DNA of 64,000 nucleotides from Syntrophorhabdaceae bacterium (GCA_963665295.1 OY762209.1:2688001-2752000), one strand, 5' to 3'. Counted from the first letter of the stretch, positions 1 to 10,450 are shown. Notes: a model not told the origin generated them from the sequence alone. Made by a program: numbers and translations.

Positions 1-1
1 G

Positions 2-1546
2 GCCCTGCCCCCGAGGCAGCCCTCCAGGTTTTTTATAGAACAGGGCTGTGACCAGGAAGGGAGGCTTACCTTCAGGAAAGCGGAGGCCATACTGGACAAC
101 GGGGCCTACACGTCATGGGGCGCCACCACCCCGTCGGTGATGATGCTCCCCATCTCATCCATGTACAGGGTGCCCAACGTGTTCTTCAAAGCCGTGTGCG
201 TCTACACGAACAACATCTATGCCCAGGCCATGCGGGGCTACGGCAACCCCCAGGCGGCTTTCGCGGTGGAGACGTCCATGGACCACCTGGCCGAGGCAGC
301 GGGCTTCGACGCCGCCGAATTCAGGCTCATTAACCGTAACATCCCCGGCGAGACGACGCCCATGGGCCTCAAGATCACTACGTGCCCCCTCGAGGAATGC
401 ATCAGGTCTGTAAAGGAGAAGGTAAAGTGGGACGAGAAAAGAGGGAAAGGGAACGGCCGCGGCGTGGGCATGGCCTCCCTCATTCACGTCGCAGGCGGGG
501 CCCGGGTATACCTTTCCGACGGCACAGGCATCCGCATCAAAGTGGATGAGGGAGGCGAGGTCTACGTCCTTTCAGGGAGCACGGACCAGGGTCAGGGCTC
601 GCCCACGGTAATCGCGCAGATAGTGGCTGAGGCCACCGGCTTAAGGCCCGAGGATGTAACCATCGTGTACGGCGACACCGCCCTCGGACTCTGGGATGCG
701 GGGACCCACGCGAGCAGGCACACCTTTGTAGCCGGAAACGCCGCAATACGGGCGGGAGAGAAGGTGAAGGAACAGATCCTCGACCTGGCTGTGGAGTACT
801 ATCCGAAGCTCGTAAAGAAGGACATCAAGGCCCTTAAAAAGAAGAATCCCGATCTTCAGGAACCGGACCTCGATTTCTCGCTCGTGGACAGCCGCGAAAA
901 ACTCGACATCAAGAACCGGATCATTTTCCCCAAAGCTCAGCCGGACCATCCCCATTTCAGGATTGAGGCGAGCAGGGTGCTGACTGCCGGCCTTCAGGTG
1001 GGTATCGGCGAAAGCAAGGCCGTGGTGGCGGAGGTCTTCTGGGACCCGCCCACGGAGACGCTCAACGCCGAGATGAAAGGAAACTACTCGTGCACCTACG
1101 CCTTCGGCGCCACCGGCGTCGAGGTGGAGGTGGACAAACAGACCGGGGTCGTAAAGATACTGAACCTCGTCTCCGCCCACGATGTGGGGCGGGCCGTGAA
1201 TCCCACCCTCGCGAAAGGACAGATTTACGGGGCCGTATACACGGGCGTGGGCTACGGCTTGACCGAGCAGGTTCAGGTGGTGAACGGCAAGGTCATGAAC
1301 CCCGGGTTCAGGGATTACAAGATACTGACGGCAGCCGATGCAATTCCCGTAGAAGCGGTGATAATCGAGGACCCGGACCCCATGGGTCCTTATGGTGCGA
1401 AGGGCATCGGCGAGCCCGGCCTCGTGCCGACCGCCCCCGCCATTGCAAACGCCATCTATGACGCGGTGGGGGTCAGAATCAGGGACCTTCCCATTACACC
1501 GGAAAAGGTGCTTGCCGCCCTTCACGAGAAGGAGAGGAACGGGTAA
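2..1546 (+). CDS. Xanthine dehydrogenase-family molybdopterin-binding (large) subunit, 5' end outside window
   Basis: Frame open from position 2. Intact Moco motifs AMRGYGNPQ, DQGQGS, THASR, GQIYG and GAKGIGEPG (catalytic Glu). Confidence 0.93.
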   Translation, partial: ALPPRQPSRFFIEQGCDQEGRLTFRKAEAILDNGAYTSWGATTPSVMMLPISSMYRVPNVFFKAVCVYTNNIYAQAMRGYGNPQAAFAVETSMDHLAEAAGFDAAEFRLINRNIPGETTPMGLKITTCPLEECIRSVKEKVKWDEKRGKGNGRGVGMASLIHVAGGARVYLSDGTGIRIKVDEGGEVYVLSGSTDQGQGSPTVIAQIVAEATGLRPEDVTIVYGDTALGLWDAGTHASRHTFVAGNAAIRAGEKVKEQILDLAVEYYPKLVKKDIKALKKKNPDLQEPDLDFSLVDSREKLDIKNRIIFPKAQPDHPHFRIEASRVLTAGLQVGIGESKAVVAEVFWDPPTETLNAEMKGNYSCTYAFGATGVEVEVDKQTGVVKILNLVSAHDVGRAVNPTLAKGQIYGAVYTGVGYGLTEQVQVVNGKVMNPGFRDYKILTAADAIPVEAVIIEDPDPMGPYGAKGIGEPGLVPTAPAIANAIYDAVGVRIRDLPITPEKVLAALHEKERNG

Positions 1547-1579
1547 GGGCCGGACAAAGGAGAAGACCGAGCGGCGTAT

Positions 1580-2797
1580 ATGAGAAAATTGATTTACCTG
1601 GACAACGCGGCCACTTCCTTTCCTAAGCCGACTTCGGTGGTGGAGGCGATGGTCCGTTATATGAACGAGGCGGGAGCGAATCCGGGGCGGGCGGGCCACC
1701 CCCTCGCCCTGGAAGCGCAGCACATCGTGGAGACAGCCAGGGAAGACCTGGCCGGGTTCTTCAACATCGACGAGCCCTCACGGATCGCCTTCACCCTCAA
1801 TGTCACCGAAGCTCTCAACATGGTGATCCGGGGATATGTGAGGCCGGGCGACCATGTGGTAACGAGCGCCATGGAGCATAACTCCGTAATGAGGCCCCTC
1901 GCATGGCTTGAGGAGCGGGGGGACATCACCCTCGACATCGCCCCGTGCGACATAAGGGGCGCCCTCGACATGGATGCCCTCGCGCGGTTGGTGAGGAAGG
2001 ATACAAGGCTCGTGATCCTGAACCACGGGTCCAACGTGTGCGGGACCATCCAGGACGTGGCGGCGGTGAGGAAGGCGATAGGCGGCACTCCGCTCCTCCT
2101 CGATGCGGCCCAGACCGCGGGTTTTTGCCCTATCGATGTTCAGGGTCTGGGCATCGACTTCCTCGCTTTCACGGGCCACAAGGGCCTTATGGGGCCGCAG
2201 GGGACAGGGGGCCTGTACGTGCGGAGGGGCCTCGAAGTAGACCCCCTCGTCAGGGGAGGAACGGGGAGCCGGTCCGAAGACCTGCGCCAACCCGATTTCA
2301 TGCCGGACGCCCTGGAAAGCGGCACCAGGAACAATGTGGGAATAGCCGGTCTGGGGGCCGCGGTCCGGTTTATTCTGGAAGAAGGGGCGGAGAACATAAG
2401 GCGTCACGAGGAGGCTCTTACGCAGGCGCTCCTCAGCGGGATCTACGACCTGGGGAACGTGACCATCTATGGTCCCCTGAACGCGGCCCGGCAGACACCG
2501 GTTGTGTCCGTCACTTTTGACAGTACCCTGCCGGGGGACTCGGACCGCTCAAGAGGTTGCGGCGCCGTCAACCTTCAGTGGTTCGACGACGGGATGACCC
2601 CGGACGAGGCTGACCGCCGGTTTGCAGGAGACCACAACATTCTCGTCCGGGTGGGGCTGCACTGTGCGCCCATGGCCCACAAGACCATTGGGACCTTTCC
2701 CGGCGGCACCGTCCGGCTGAGCATGGGATATTTCAACACCATGGAGGAGATTGAAAAGGCTGTGGACGTCATACGGGAGGTGGCGGCCAGGTCATAA
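1580..2797 (+). CDS. Cysteine desulfurase family protein (class V aminotransferase, SufS/TIGR01977-like)
   Basis: YLDNAATS, MEHNSV, DAAQTAG, FTGHK (PLP Lys), RVGLHCAP (catalytic Cys). Confidence 0.93.
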   Translation: MRKLIYLDNAATSFPKPTSVVEAMVRYMNEAGANPGRAGHPLALEAQHIVETAREDLAGFFNIDEPSRIAFTLNVTEALNMVIRGYVRPGDHVVTSAMEHNSVMRPLAWLEERGDITLDIAPCDIRGALDMDALARLVRKDTRLVILNHGSNVCGTIQDVAAVRKAIGGTPLLLDAAQTAGFCPIDVQGLGIDFLAFTGHKGLMGPQGTGGLYVRRGLEVDPLVRGGTGSRSEDLRQPDFMPDALESGTRNNVGIAGLGAAVRFILEEGAENIRRHEEALTQALLSGIYDLGNVTIYGPLNAARQTPVVSVTFDSTLPGDSDRSRGCGAVNLQWFDDGMTPDEADRRFAGDHNILVRVGLHCAPMAHKTIGTFPGGTVRLSMGYFNTMEEIEKAVDVIREVAARS

Positions 2798-2889
2798 ACG
2801 GCTTCCCGGGAGGGGGCTTTCAGGAAGAAGGCTTCTCCCGGAACGGATTCCCCGGGGATTCTGTTGGGGGCTTATATGTGGAGGAAAGT

Positions 2890-5169
2890 ATGAAGAATGA
2901 GTTACACATTGTCGGTACACGGGTAGTGAGAAGCGATTCGCTGGCGAAGGTCACGGGTGACGCGCGTTACACAGCGGATATCACAATGCCTAGGATGCTC
3001 ATAGCCAAGGTGCTTCGGAGCCCCTATCCCCACGCGAGGATCGTACACATCGACGTATCGGGGGCTCTGAAGGCGCCGGGAGTCAAAGCGGCGGTGAGCG
3101 GCTTGGATACGTACGGGGTGAAGTGGGGCGTCTTCCGGTACACCCAGGACCACGCCATGCTCCCCACGGACAAGGTCCGCTATGTGGGGGAAGACGTGGC
3201 TGCGGTGGCCGCGGTGGACGAAGAGGCGGCCCTCGAAGGCTTGAGTCGCATCAGGGTGGAATACGACGTGCTCCCCGCGGTATTCGATCCCTTCGAATCC
3301 ATGGAGGACGGAGCACCCGGGATCCATGACGAGTACGACCACAACATCAACATCCACATCCACATCGACGTGGGAGAGGTGGACAAGGCCATGTCCGGGG
3401 CCTTCCTCGTGAGGGAGGATACCTTCAAGGCGGCGGGAGAGGCCTATGCCATGATGGAGCCCTACGCCGTGGTCGCCTCCTACGCGAGCGGCTACCTGGA
3501 CCTCTGGATGCCCAATGCCGGGCCCCACGTGCGGGCCAAGGCCCTTTCCAACCTTCTGAGGATACCCTTGAACCGTGTCCGGATCCGTCGCGTGAATAAC
3601 GGCGGGGCCTTCGGAGGACGCTCCGAGGTCGCTCCCGGGGACATGGTGGCATCCCTTCTCTCCATTAAATCGGGACGGCCCGTGAAGCTTGTCCTCTCGC
3701 GGGAGGAGAACGCCACGTCAAGCCGCCAGATCCACGACATTACGGCGACGATCAAAACAGGGATGACCAGGGACGGTATCATCACGGCAAAGGACTTCAA
3801 GGTCGTGTATGACGGAGGGGCCTACAGTTCCACGGGCCCCATAGCTGCGTCCATACCCTTCTATGTATACGAGGAATGCTACCGCTTCCCCAATGTCCGC
3901 TATAACGGATACCGCGTCTTCACAAATAAGGGGATACGGGGCATGTACGGCTGTCACGGCAGGGCCTTTCTCGCGGGGAACGAGTCCCAGATGGACCTCA
4001 TGGCAAAGGAGCTTGGCTTTGATCCCGTGGACGTGAGGATCAAAAACGGGCTTACCAGAGGCGAGGTGACGGCCACCAAATCGACGATCATAAGCTGCGG
4101 GCTTAAGGAGGCCATAGAGGCGGCAGCCGAAAAGACGCGGTTCCGCGAAAAGTGGGCGAAGGGTGAGAATATGGAAGGCATCGGTATGGGCTGTGTCGCC
4201 ATCATGTGCGGCTTCCCCATGGGTTTCCGCTCCGGCTCATCCTGTTTTGTCAAGATCAACGACGACGGCCAGGCCACCCTCGTGACGGGCCTCGTGGACA
4301 ATGGCCAGGGCAACGAGTCCATGGTCATCCAGGTCGCCTCCGAGATACTCGGCATTCCCATGGAGGACATCAACCTCGTGAACGCGGACACGGAGGTGAC
4401 CAACCTCGACCCCGGGGCTTATTCCCAGGCGGCGGCCTTTGTGGGGGCCAATGCGGTAAAGAGCGCGTGCGATAACGTGAGGAAGAGGATCGTCGCCATC
4501 GCGGCGGAGAAGCTGGGCGAGGAAGAGGCAGATATAGACCTTAAAGACCGTTCCGCCTATCCCCGGAAGAACCCGCAGAAAAAGATGCCCATATCCTGGA
4601 TTGTGAGAGAGGCCTTCTTCAGGGGAGACCCCATAGAAGGCACGGGGAGCTACTTCCCTAAGATCGACTTCGAGCGGGAGTGGGTGTCGAGACCTTACGG
4701 CCAGATGGCGGGCACCTTTTCCTATGGCGCCTCCGTGGCGGAGCTTGCCGTTGACCCCGAGACGGGGAAGATCACCATGCCCCGTTTCACGGCGGCCCAC
4801 GACTGCGGTATGCCCATAAATCCCATGGCCGTGGAAGGACAGATGGACGGCTCGATCCAGCAGGCGGGCGTGGCCGCCATCACGGAGGGCAACAAGTGGG
4901 ACAAGGGTTTTCTTCTGAACCCGGACCTTCTGGAATACAAGGTGCCTCTCGCCTGCGACATGCCGGAGATAGAGACGATCATCGTCGAGTCCCACGATCC
5001 TGAAGGACCCTTCGGGGCCAAAGAAGGGGGGCTCACGGTCCGGATGAACGCATACAGTGCGGTGGCCTGTGCTTTCACCGACGCCACGGGGACCCTGTTC
5101 CGCGAGCTTCCTCTCACGCCGGACAAGGTTCTCGCACTGCTGGAAGAAAAGAAGGAGGAAACGCGATGA
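2890..5169 (+). CDS. XDH-family large subunit, 4-hydroxybenzoyl-CoA reductase alpha (HcrA)-like, with degenerate active-site motifs
   Basis: KVTGDARY, RSPYPHARI, GGAFGGRSE, DNGQG, HDCG..INP..VEGQ; precedes hcrB/hcrC-like genes. GAGGA SD precedes ATG 2890. Confidence 0.88.
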   Translation: MKNELHIVGTRVVRSDSLAKVTGDARYTADITMPRMLIAKVLRSPYPHARIVHIDVSGALKAPGVKAAVSGLDTYGVKWGVFRYTQDHAMLPTDKVRYVGEDVAAVAAVDEEAALEGLSRIRVEYDVLPAVFDPFESMEDGAPGIHDEYDHNINIHIHIDVGEVDKAMSGAFLVREDTFKAAGEAYAMMEPYAVVASYASGYLDLWMPNAGPHVRAKALSNLLRIPLNRVRIRRVNNGGAFGGRSEVAPGDMVASLLSIKSGRPVKLVLSREENATSSRQIHDITATIKTGMTRDGIITAKDFKVVYDGGAYSSTGPIAASIPFYVYEECYRFPNVRYNGYRVFTNKGIRGMYGCHGRAFLAGNESQMDLMAKELGFDPVDVRIKNGLTRGEVTATKSTIISCGLKEAIEAAAEKTRFREKWAKGENMEGIGMGCVAIMCGFPMGFRSGSSCFVKINDDGQATLVTGLVDNGQGNESMVIQVASEILGIPMEDINLVNADTEVTNLDPGAYSQAAAFVGANAVKSACDNVRKRIVAIAAEKLGEEEADIDLKDRSAYPRKNPQKKMPISWIVREAFFRGDPIEGTGSYFPKIDFEREWVSRPYGQMAGTFSYGASVAELAVDPETGKITMPRFTAAHDCGMPINPMAVEGQMDGSIQQAGVAAITEGNKWDKGFLLNPDLLEYKVPLACDMPEIETIIVESHDPEGPFGAKEGGLTVRMNAYSAVACAFTDATGTLFRELPLTPDKVLALLEEKKEETR

Positions 5170-6110
5170 TCCTGCCCAGATTCTCATACAAGAAAGCCTG
5201 GAATGTGGCGGAGGCGGTTGCGCTCTGTGAAGGACGCGCCGGGGCTGTCAGCTATCTCGCGGGAGGAACCGACCTTATGCCCCTTGCGAAGCAGCGGCTC
5301 GTCCTTCCCGAACTTATGGTGGACCTCAAAGGCGTGGAGGAATTGAAGGCGATCCGCGTTTCCGACGGACTCCTCGTCATCGGCGCGAATGTGACCCTCT
5401 TTGACCTTAAGAATCACCCGGTGGTGAAAGACCGCTTGACGGGGCTTGCTCAGTCGCTCGAAGCCACATCGTGCGAGACCCTTCAGATGCGGGGGACCAT
5501 AGGGGGCAACATTCTCCAGAACACACGCTGTCTCTTCTACAATAAATCGGCCGAGTGGCGGGCGGCAAAGGGTTCCTGCCTCAAGACAGGAGGGACGAGG
5601 TGCAACGCCGTTCCCGGCGGGAAGGTCTGTTTCGCCAACTATTGCAGCGACAACGCGCCGTCCCTCATCGTCCTCGGGGCGGAGGCCCGTTTCGTCGGTC
5701 CGGGCGGGGAGAGAAGGACGCCGGTGGAGAAGCTCTTTACCGGGAACGGGGTTACGCCCCATGCCGTAGAACCGGGGGAGGTGCTCACAGAGGTATCCAT
5801 TCCCCTCGACAAGGCAAAGAGCGCCTACGAAAAACTGCGGGTAAGGGACTCCATGGATTACCCCCTTGTGGGGGTCGCGGTCGCCTTGAAAGAAGATGGG
5901 GGAAGGGTCTGCCTGACCGGCATAGGCCCAACCCCTCTGGCTTACACTCTTGATAGTCTCGCCGCCGCGGCTATCGAAGACGTGGCCGGGAAGGCCTACT
6001 CCGACGCAAAGCCCGTGGCCAACACGGTCCTCACTGCCGCATACAGGAAGAAGATGGCCGCCGTCCTTGTGAGAAGGGCCGTTGAGAATGCATTGAAGGA
6101 GGAGAAATGA
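5166..6110 (+). CDS. FAD-binding medium subunit with [4Fe-4S] insertion, HcrB-like
   Basis: AGGTDL and TIGGNI FAD motifs, plus the C-X15-C-X7-C-X8-C insert characteristic of HcrB-type subunits. Confidence 0.9.
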   Translation: MILPRFSYKKAWNVAEAVALCEGRAGAVSYLAGGTDLMPLAKQRLVLPELMVDLKGVEELKAIRVSDGLLVIGANVTLFDLKNHPVVKDRLTGLAQSLEATSCETLQMRGTIGGNILQNTRCLFYNKSAEWRAAKGSCLKTGGTRCNAVPGGKVCFANYCSDNAPSLIVLGAEARFVGPGGERRTPVEKLFTGNGVTPHAVEPGEVLTEVSIPLDKAKSAYEKLRVRDSMDYPLVGVAVALKEDGGRVCLTGIGPTPLAYTLDSLAAAAIEDVAGKAYSDAKPVANTVLTAAYRKKMAAVLVRRAVENALKEEK

Positions 6111-6583
6111 GCGACGTGGTGAACATTATATTTCGGGTCAACGGGGATGCCGTGTCGGTCGGGGTAAAGCCCCACGAGACACTCCTCGAAGCCATAAGGG
6201 AGCGGCTCTCCCTCACAGGGGCCAAGGAGTCGTGCGGCCTCGGGGCGTGCGGGGCCTGTACGGTCCTCATGAACGGCATACCGGTCCGCTCGTGCCTCGT
6301 CCTCGCCGTGGAGGCGGAGGACACGGATATCACGACCATAGAGGGGCTCAAGGTTGACGGAAAGCTCCATCCCCTCCAGGAGTCGTTCATGGCCAAAGGC
6401 GCGGTCCAGTGCGGCTTCTGCACCTCCGGCATGATCCTCACGGCAAAGGCCCTCCTCGACAGAAGGGAGAAGCCGTCGAGAAAGGAGATCGTGCGGACCA
6501 TATCGTCCAATGCGTGCCGCTGCACGGGGTACAGGAAGATCATAGACGCCGTGGAGGACGCGGCGAAAGCGAAGTCACCATGA
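6107..6583 (+). CDS. 2x[2Fe-2S] small subunit (HcrC/CoxS-like)
   Basis: CGLGACGAC..SC and QCGFC..CRCTGY motifs. Confidence 0.95.
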   Translation: MSDVVNIIFRVNGDAVSVGVKPHETLLEAIRERLSLTGAKESCGLGACGACTVLMNGIPVRSCLVLAVEAEDTDITTIEGLKVDGKLHPLQESFMAKGAVQCGFCTSGMILTAKALLDRREKPSRKEIVRTISSNACRCTGYRKIIDAVEDAAKAKSP

Positions 6584-6873
6584 AGGTCAGGGTCTCGGTC
6601 GATTCCAACCTGACCATACGGAACGTCTTTGAGCCTCCCCTTGTGATAGTGCTCGAAGAGGGAGATGCCACCCTCAGAGGCGTGCTGGAGAAGCTCGCGT
6701 CCATGTACCCCTATCTGCGGTTCACCGAAAGGAGTGAGATGGGCGATGACCTCCGTCATCTTTACCTCAACAGGGAAAGCCACTTTACCTTCCCCGAGGG
6801 GTTGGACAGGAGGGTTTTCGAAGGCGACACGATCAGAGTCGAGGTATACATGGACCCTCTGGCAGGCGGATAA
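6580..6873 (+). CDS. MoaD/ThiS-like ubiquitin-fold sulfur carrier
   Basis: ATG overlaps the previous stop (ATGA). 97 aa ending in ...GDTIRVEVYMDPLAGG (C-terminal di-Gly). Confidence 0.8.
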   Translation: MKVRVSVDSNLTIRNVFEPPLVIVLEEGDATLRGVLEKLASMYPYLRFTERSEMGDDLRHLYLNRESHFTFPEGLDRRVFEGDTIRVEVYMDPLAGG

Positions 6874-7423
6874 GCGAACTTGCGCCTCGATACTCGATCC
6901 GAAAGTCCGGATGCTCTTTGGGCTCAAGGACCGATCTTCAAGACGGGGCAGACGGGGCGGAGTGTGTCACGGGCGGTCCCGCCCTCTCTCTGCAAACGAG
7001 AAAGGGGCAATCGCCCGGAGGCCGCCGATGCCTCATAAACTTCGCCGGCCTCCGGCTTCGGACGAGGCCGCCTCCTCCAGGAAGGGGTCAACGTTCAAAG
7101 TGAACCTCGGAGCTCCCGACATTTTCCCGACCCGAAGCATCGGACGAGGTGAAACCTTTGCGCGCCTGCAAAGGCAGCATCGGGCACACCATGAGGACCC
7201 GGGAATTAATGGGCTGGAATCAAGAATAACCGCCGGGATCATTGTTCAATAACTCCCATTGCGACATGTCGAGAGCGCTCCCTCCGTCGACATTCGACAT
7301 CATGTCGACAGCCCACTAAAATTTCTTATACTACTATAAATTTATTTGACTTGTTATTCCACTTCAACATAACAGAAAATATTATATGGAATGAATGTCA
7401 AGCGGGAAAGGAGGGTGTGTGTG

Positions 7424-10086
7424 ATGAAGAAGGTGACCATAACGCTAAACGGTTCTCTGCGCCAGTTCGTCGTCGAGCCGGACCGTATTCTTCTTGATCT
7501 CCTGAGAGAAGACCTGGGCCTCACCGGGGCCAAACAGTCCTGTGACCGAAAGGGCCAGTGCGGCGCATGCACAGTAATCGTCAACGGGAAGACGGTGTTG
7601 TCCTGTGTGACCAGGGTGGCGAACCTGGACGGGGCGGAAGTCATCACGGTGGAAGGGCTCGGGACCCCCGCCAACCCGCACCTGATACAGGAAGCGTTCG
7701 TCCTGTCCGGCGCCATCCAATGCGGTTTCTGCATCCCGGGCATGATCATGGCTGCCAAGGTCCTTCTGGACAAGAACCCCGACCCCGGCACGGAGGAGAT
7801 CAAGAAGGCCCTTCAGGGGAACCTTTGCCGCTGTACGGGCTACGTAAAGATCATCGATGCGGTGAAGCTGGCCGCTCGGTTTCTTCGGGGCGAGACCACG
7901 CCCGGCGCGGTAAGGCCCGACCCCTCGAAGGGGGTTATCGGGGTTTCTCTCCCCAGGCCTTCTTCGCTGATCAAGGCGTGCGGAGTGGCCCAGTTCGGCG
8001 CGGACATCTACCCTCGGGGGGCGCTCGAGCTCGTTGCGGTGCGGAGTCCCCACGCCCATGCCCTTATCCGCTCCATCGACACCTCGGATGCAGAAAAGAT
8101 GCCGGGTGTCGCAGGGGTGATCACGGCAAAAGACATCAAGGGGAACAACAGAAACGGCGACATGGTAATCCTGTGCGACAAGAAGGTCCACCTTCTTGGG
8201 GACGCGGTGGCGGCTGTGGCGGCGGAGACGAGGAAACAGGCTCTGGTTGCGGCAAAAGCCGTCCGCGTGGAGTACGAGCTGCTCCCCGAGGTGAGGACTA
8301 TTGAGGACTCCCTGGGCGAGGGGGCTCTTCAGGTGCACGAAGACGGGCCCAACCTGAAGTTCAGTCATCCCCAGATCAAGGGGGATGCCGAGACGGCCTT
8401 GAAGAATTCCCATACCGTCGTCGAGGCACGGTTTTCCACCTCCATGATCCATCAAGCCCCTCTGGAACCGGAGGTATCGGTTGCCTATATGGAAGGCGAG
8501 GGGGAGGACGCGAAGCTGGTGGTCCTGGGACGGGGGATCAATATTCATTCCATGGCAAAGTCGCTCCAGGACGCCCTCGGCTGGGACAACGTGAGGTACG
8601 AGGAGCCCTTTGTCGGGGGGCAGTTCGGCATGAAGACCGGTTTCACCACCGAGGGTCTGGCCGGGGCCGCGGCTTTGCACTTCCGTCGTCCTGTGCGCTA
8701 TGTATGCAGCCTCCACGAATCGATGCTCATATCCTCCAAACGCCATCCCCATGTACACAGGGTCCGCTTGGGAGCCGACAGGAGCGGAAGGATTACCGCC
8801 TATACGACGGACTTTGATGTGGAGGGCGGAGCCTATTCGTTCGGCGGCCCCGTCTACATCGTGAGGTCTCTCCAGATGCTGAGCGGACCCTATGACATCC
8901 CCAACGTCAAGGCCTTCGGAAGACTCTACAAAACCAATAATGCCTCCGGCGGGGCCGCCCGGGGGGCCGGGCCCCCACAATCGAACTTTGCCCTGGAATC
9001 CGCCATCGACCTTATGGCCCGTGAACTGGGCATAGACCCCTGGGAGTTCCGCTATATGAACACCCTGGAACCCGGGGGGACCATGTCGACCGGCGAAGTG
9101 GCCGACCAGTGGCCATACAAAGACTGTCTCGAAGTCCTCCGACCTCACTACGAAAGGGCCCTCGGTGAAGCCGGATCCTTCAGGAGCGGGAGACTGCGCC
9201 GTGGAGTGGGCATAGCCGGGGCTGCCTTCGGCATCGGTGCCCCCATGCCTAAGGATCAGGCTACGGTGCCGTCGAGCTGCACGAGGACGGCGGCCTTACC
9301 GTATATGCCGCCGCGGCCGACCCCGGCGAAGGAACAGACTCCATGCTGAGCCAGATCGCTTCCCATCTCACGGGGATAGCCTTCGATAAGATCAGACTTG
9401 TGACCAGGGACACGGACAGGGCCCCGGCCGTGGGCTCGGCGTCCGCGAGCCGCATCACCTACATGGTCGGAGGTGCCCTGGTTCTTGCGATCGAGAAACT
9501 GCAGGAGGCACTGAAGGAAGCGAAAGCCCCCGGGTATGACGGACTCATCGCCGAGGGAAAACCCGTCAGATACCTGGCAACCAGGATTGCCGACACTACC
9601 CCTATGGACCCCAAGACGGGACAGGGCGTATTTTATGAAGTTCGCGTCCTGGGATGCCAGATGGCGGAGGTGGAGGTGGATATTGAAACCGGGGACGTAA
9701 GGATAGTGCACATGACCGCGGTGGAAGACATAGGCACCGTCATCAATCCGGGCAATGTTGAAGGTCAGATGCAGGGAGGCCTGGACATGGGGGTGGGGAT
9801 GGCGCTGAGGGAGGAGTATATCCACGGGGTCACCAGGGATTGGAGGACCTTCAAATTCCCCACGATGAAGACGTCTTTCCCCATGACCGCCATCACCTTG
9901 CAGACTCCCCGGAAGAAGGCGCCCCTGGGGGCAATAGGGGTGGGTGAATTCGTGCTGCTGCCCACCTCGGCCGCTGTCATGAACGGCATACACGACGCCA
10001 CCGGGGTAAGGATATATGACCTTCCGGCCAAGCCGGAGCGAGTGCGGGCGGCCCTGGCCGCAAAGGCGGGCCGGGGAGGGCCTTGA
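7424..10086 (+). pseudogene. Mop-type aldehyde oxidoreductase (2Fe-2S + Moco fusion), split by a 1-nt frameshift at about 9268
   Basis: N-terminal CDRKGQCGAC/QCGFC/CRCTGY, GGQFG, ARGAGPPQ. The -1 frame from 9268 reads AVELHEDGGLTVYAAAADPGEGTDSM into ORF 9343-10086 (SASR, EGQMQGG, GVGE). Confidence 0.88.
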
Positions 10087-10089
10087 GTC

Positions 10090-10443
10090 ATGGCCGGGGA
10101 GGGCGCGATCTCTGCCCTTGGGACACATGTCCGGTCCATCTCGGGGAAGGAGGTCTACTTCGACAAAGAGGGTTACTTTCTCTGTGCCCATGATTGGACG
10201 GAGGAGATGGTGGAGGTCCTATCCGGCGAGATGGGAATCGGGACGCTCAGTCAAGGGCAGTGGCAGGTGATCCATTTCTTGCGCGCCTATTACCTCGGCA
10301 ATGGGAAAGCCCCCCTCCACTCGGAGTTGAAAACAGGGCTCGGATGCAGCCTCATGGAGCTTGAATCGATGTTTCCGGGCGGCATCCGCAAGGGAGCCCG
10401 CCTCCTGGCGGGATTGCCCAACCCTCAGTCGTGCAACGAGTAG
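10090..10443 (+). CDS. TusE/DsrC-family sulfur relay protein
   Basis: FDKEGYF..DW.EE, WQVIHFLRAYY, LFP-like MFPGG, and LAGLPNPQSC with only the C-terminal Cys retained. Confidence 0.88.
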   Translation: MAGEGAISALGTHVRSISGKEVYFDKEGYFLCAHDWTEEMVEVLSGEMGIGTLSQGQWQVIHFLRAYYLGNGKAPLHSELKTGLGCSLMELESMFPGGIRKGARLLAGLPNPQSCNE

Positions 10444-10450
10444 GTGCGCC

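Noticed and set aside
6874..7252. Possible riboswitch (hairpin CCTTTGC-N6-GCAAAGG) or ORF 6665-7252
   Set aside because: No recognisable Moco or c-di-GMP aptamer consensus. The ORF overlaps the MoaD-like gene and has no motif. An Rfam scan would settle it.
641..9148. Long antisense ORFs (for example 641-1723, 4237-5187, 7445-9148)
   Set aside because: Shadow frames of GC-rich genes on the opposite strand.
9260..9275. Programmed ribosomal frameshift in the oxidoreductase
   Set aside because: No slippery heptamer or homopolymer at the junction.
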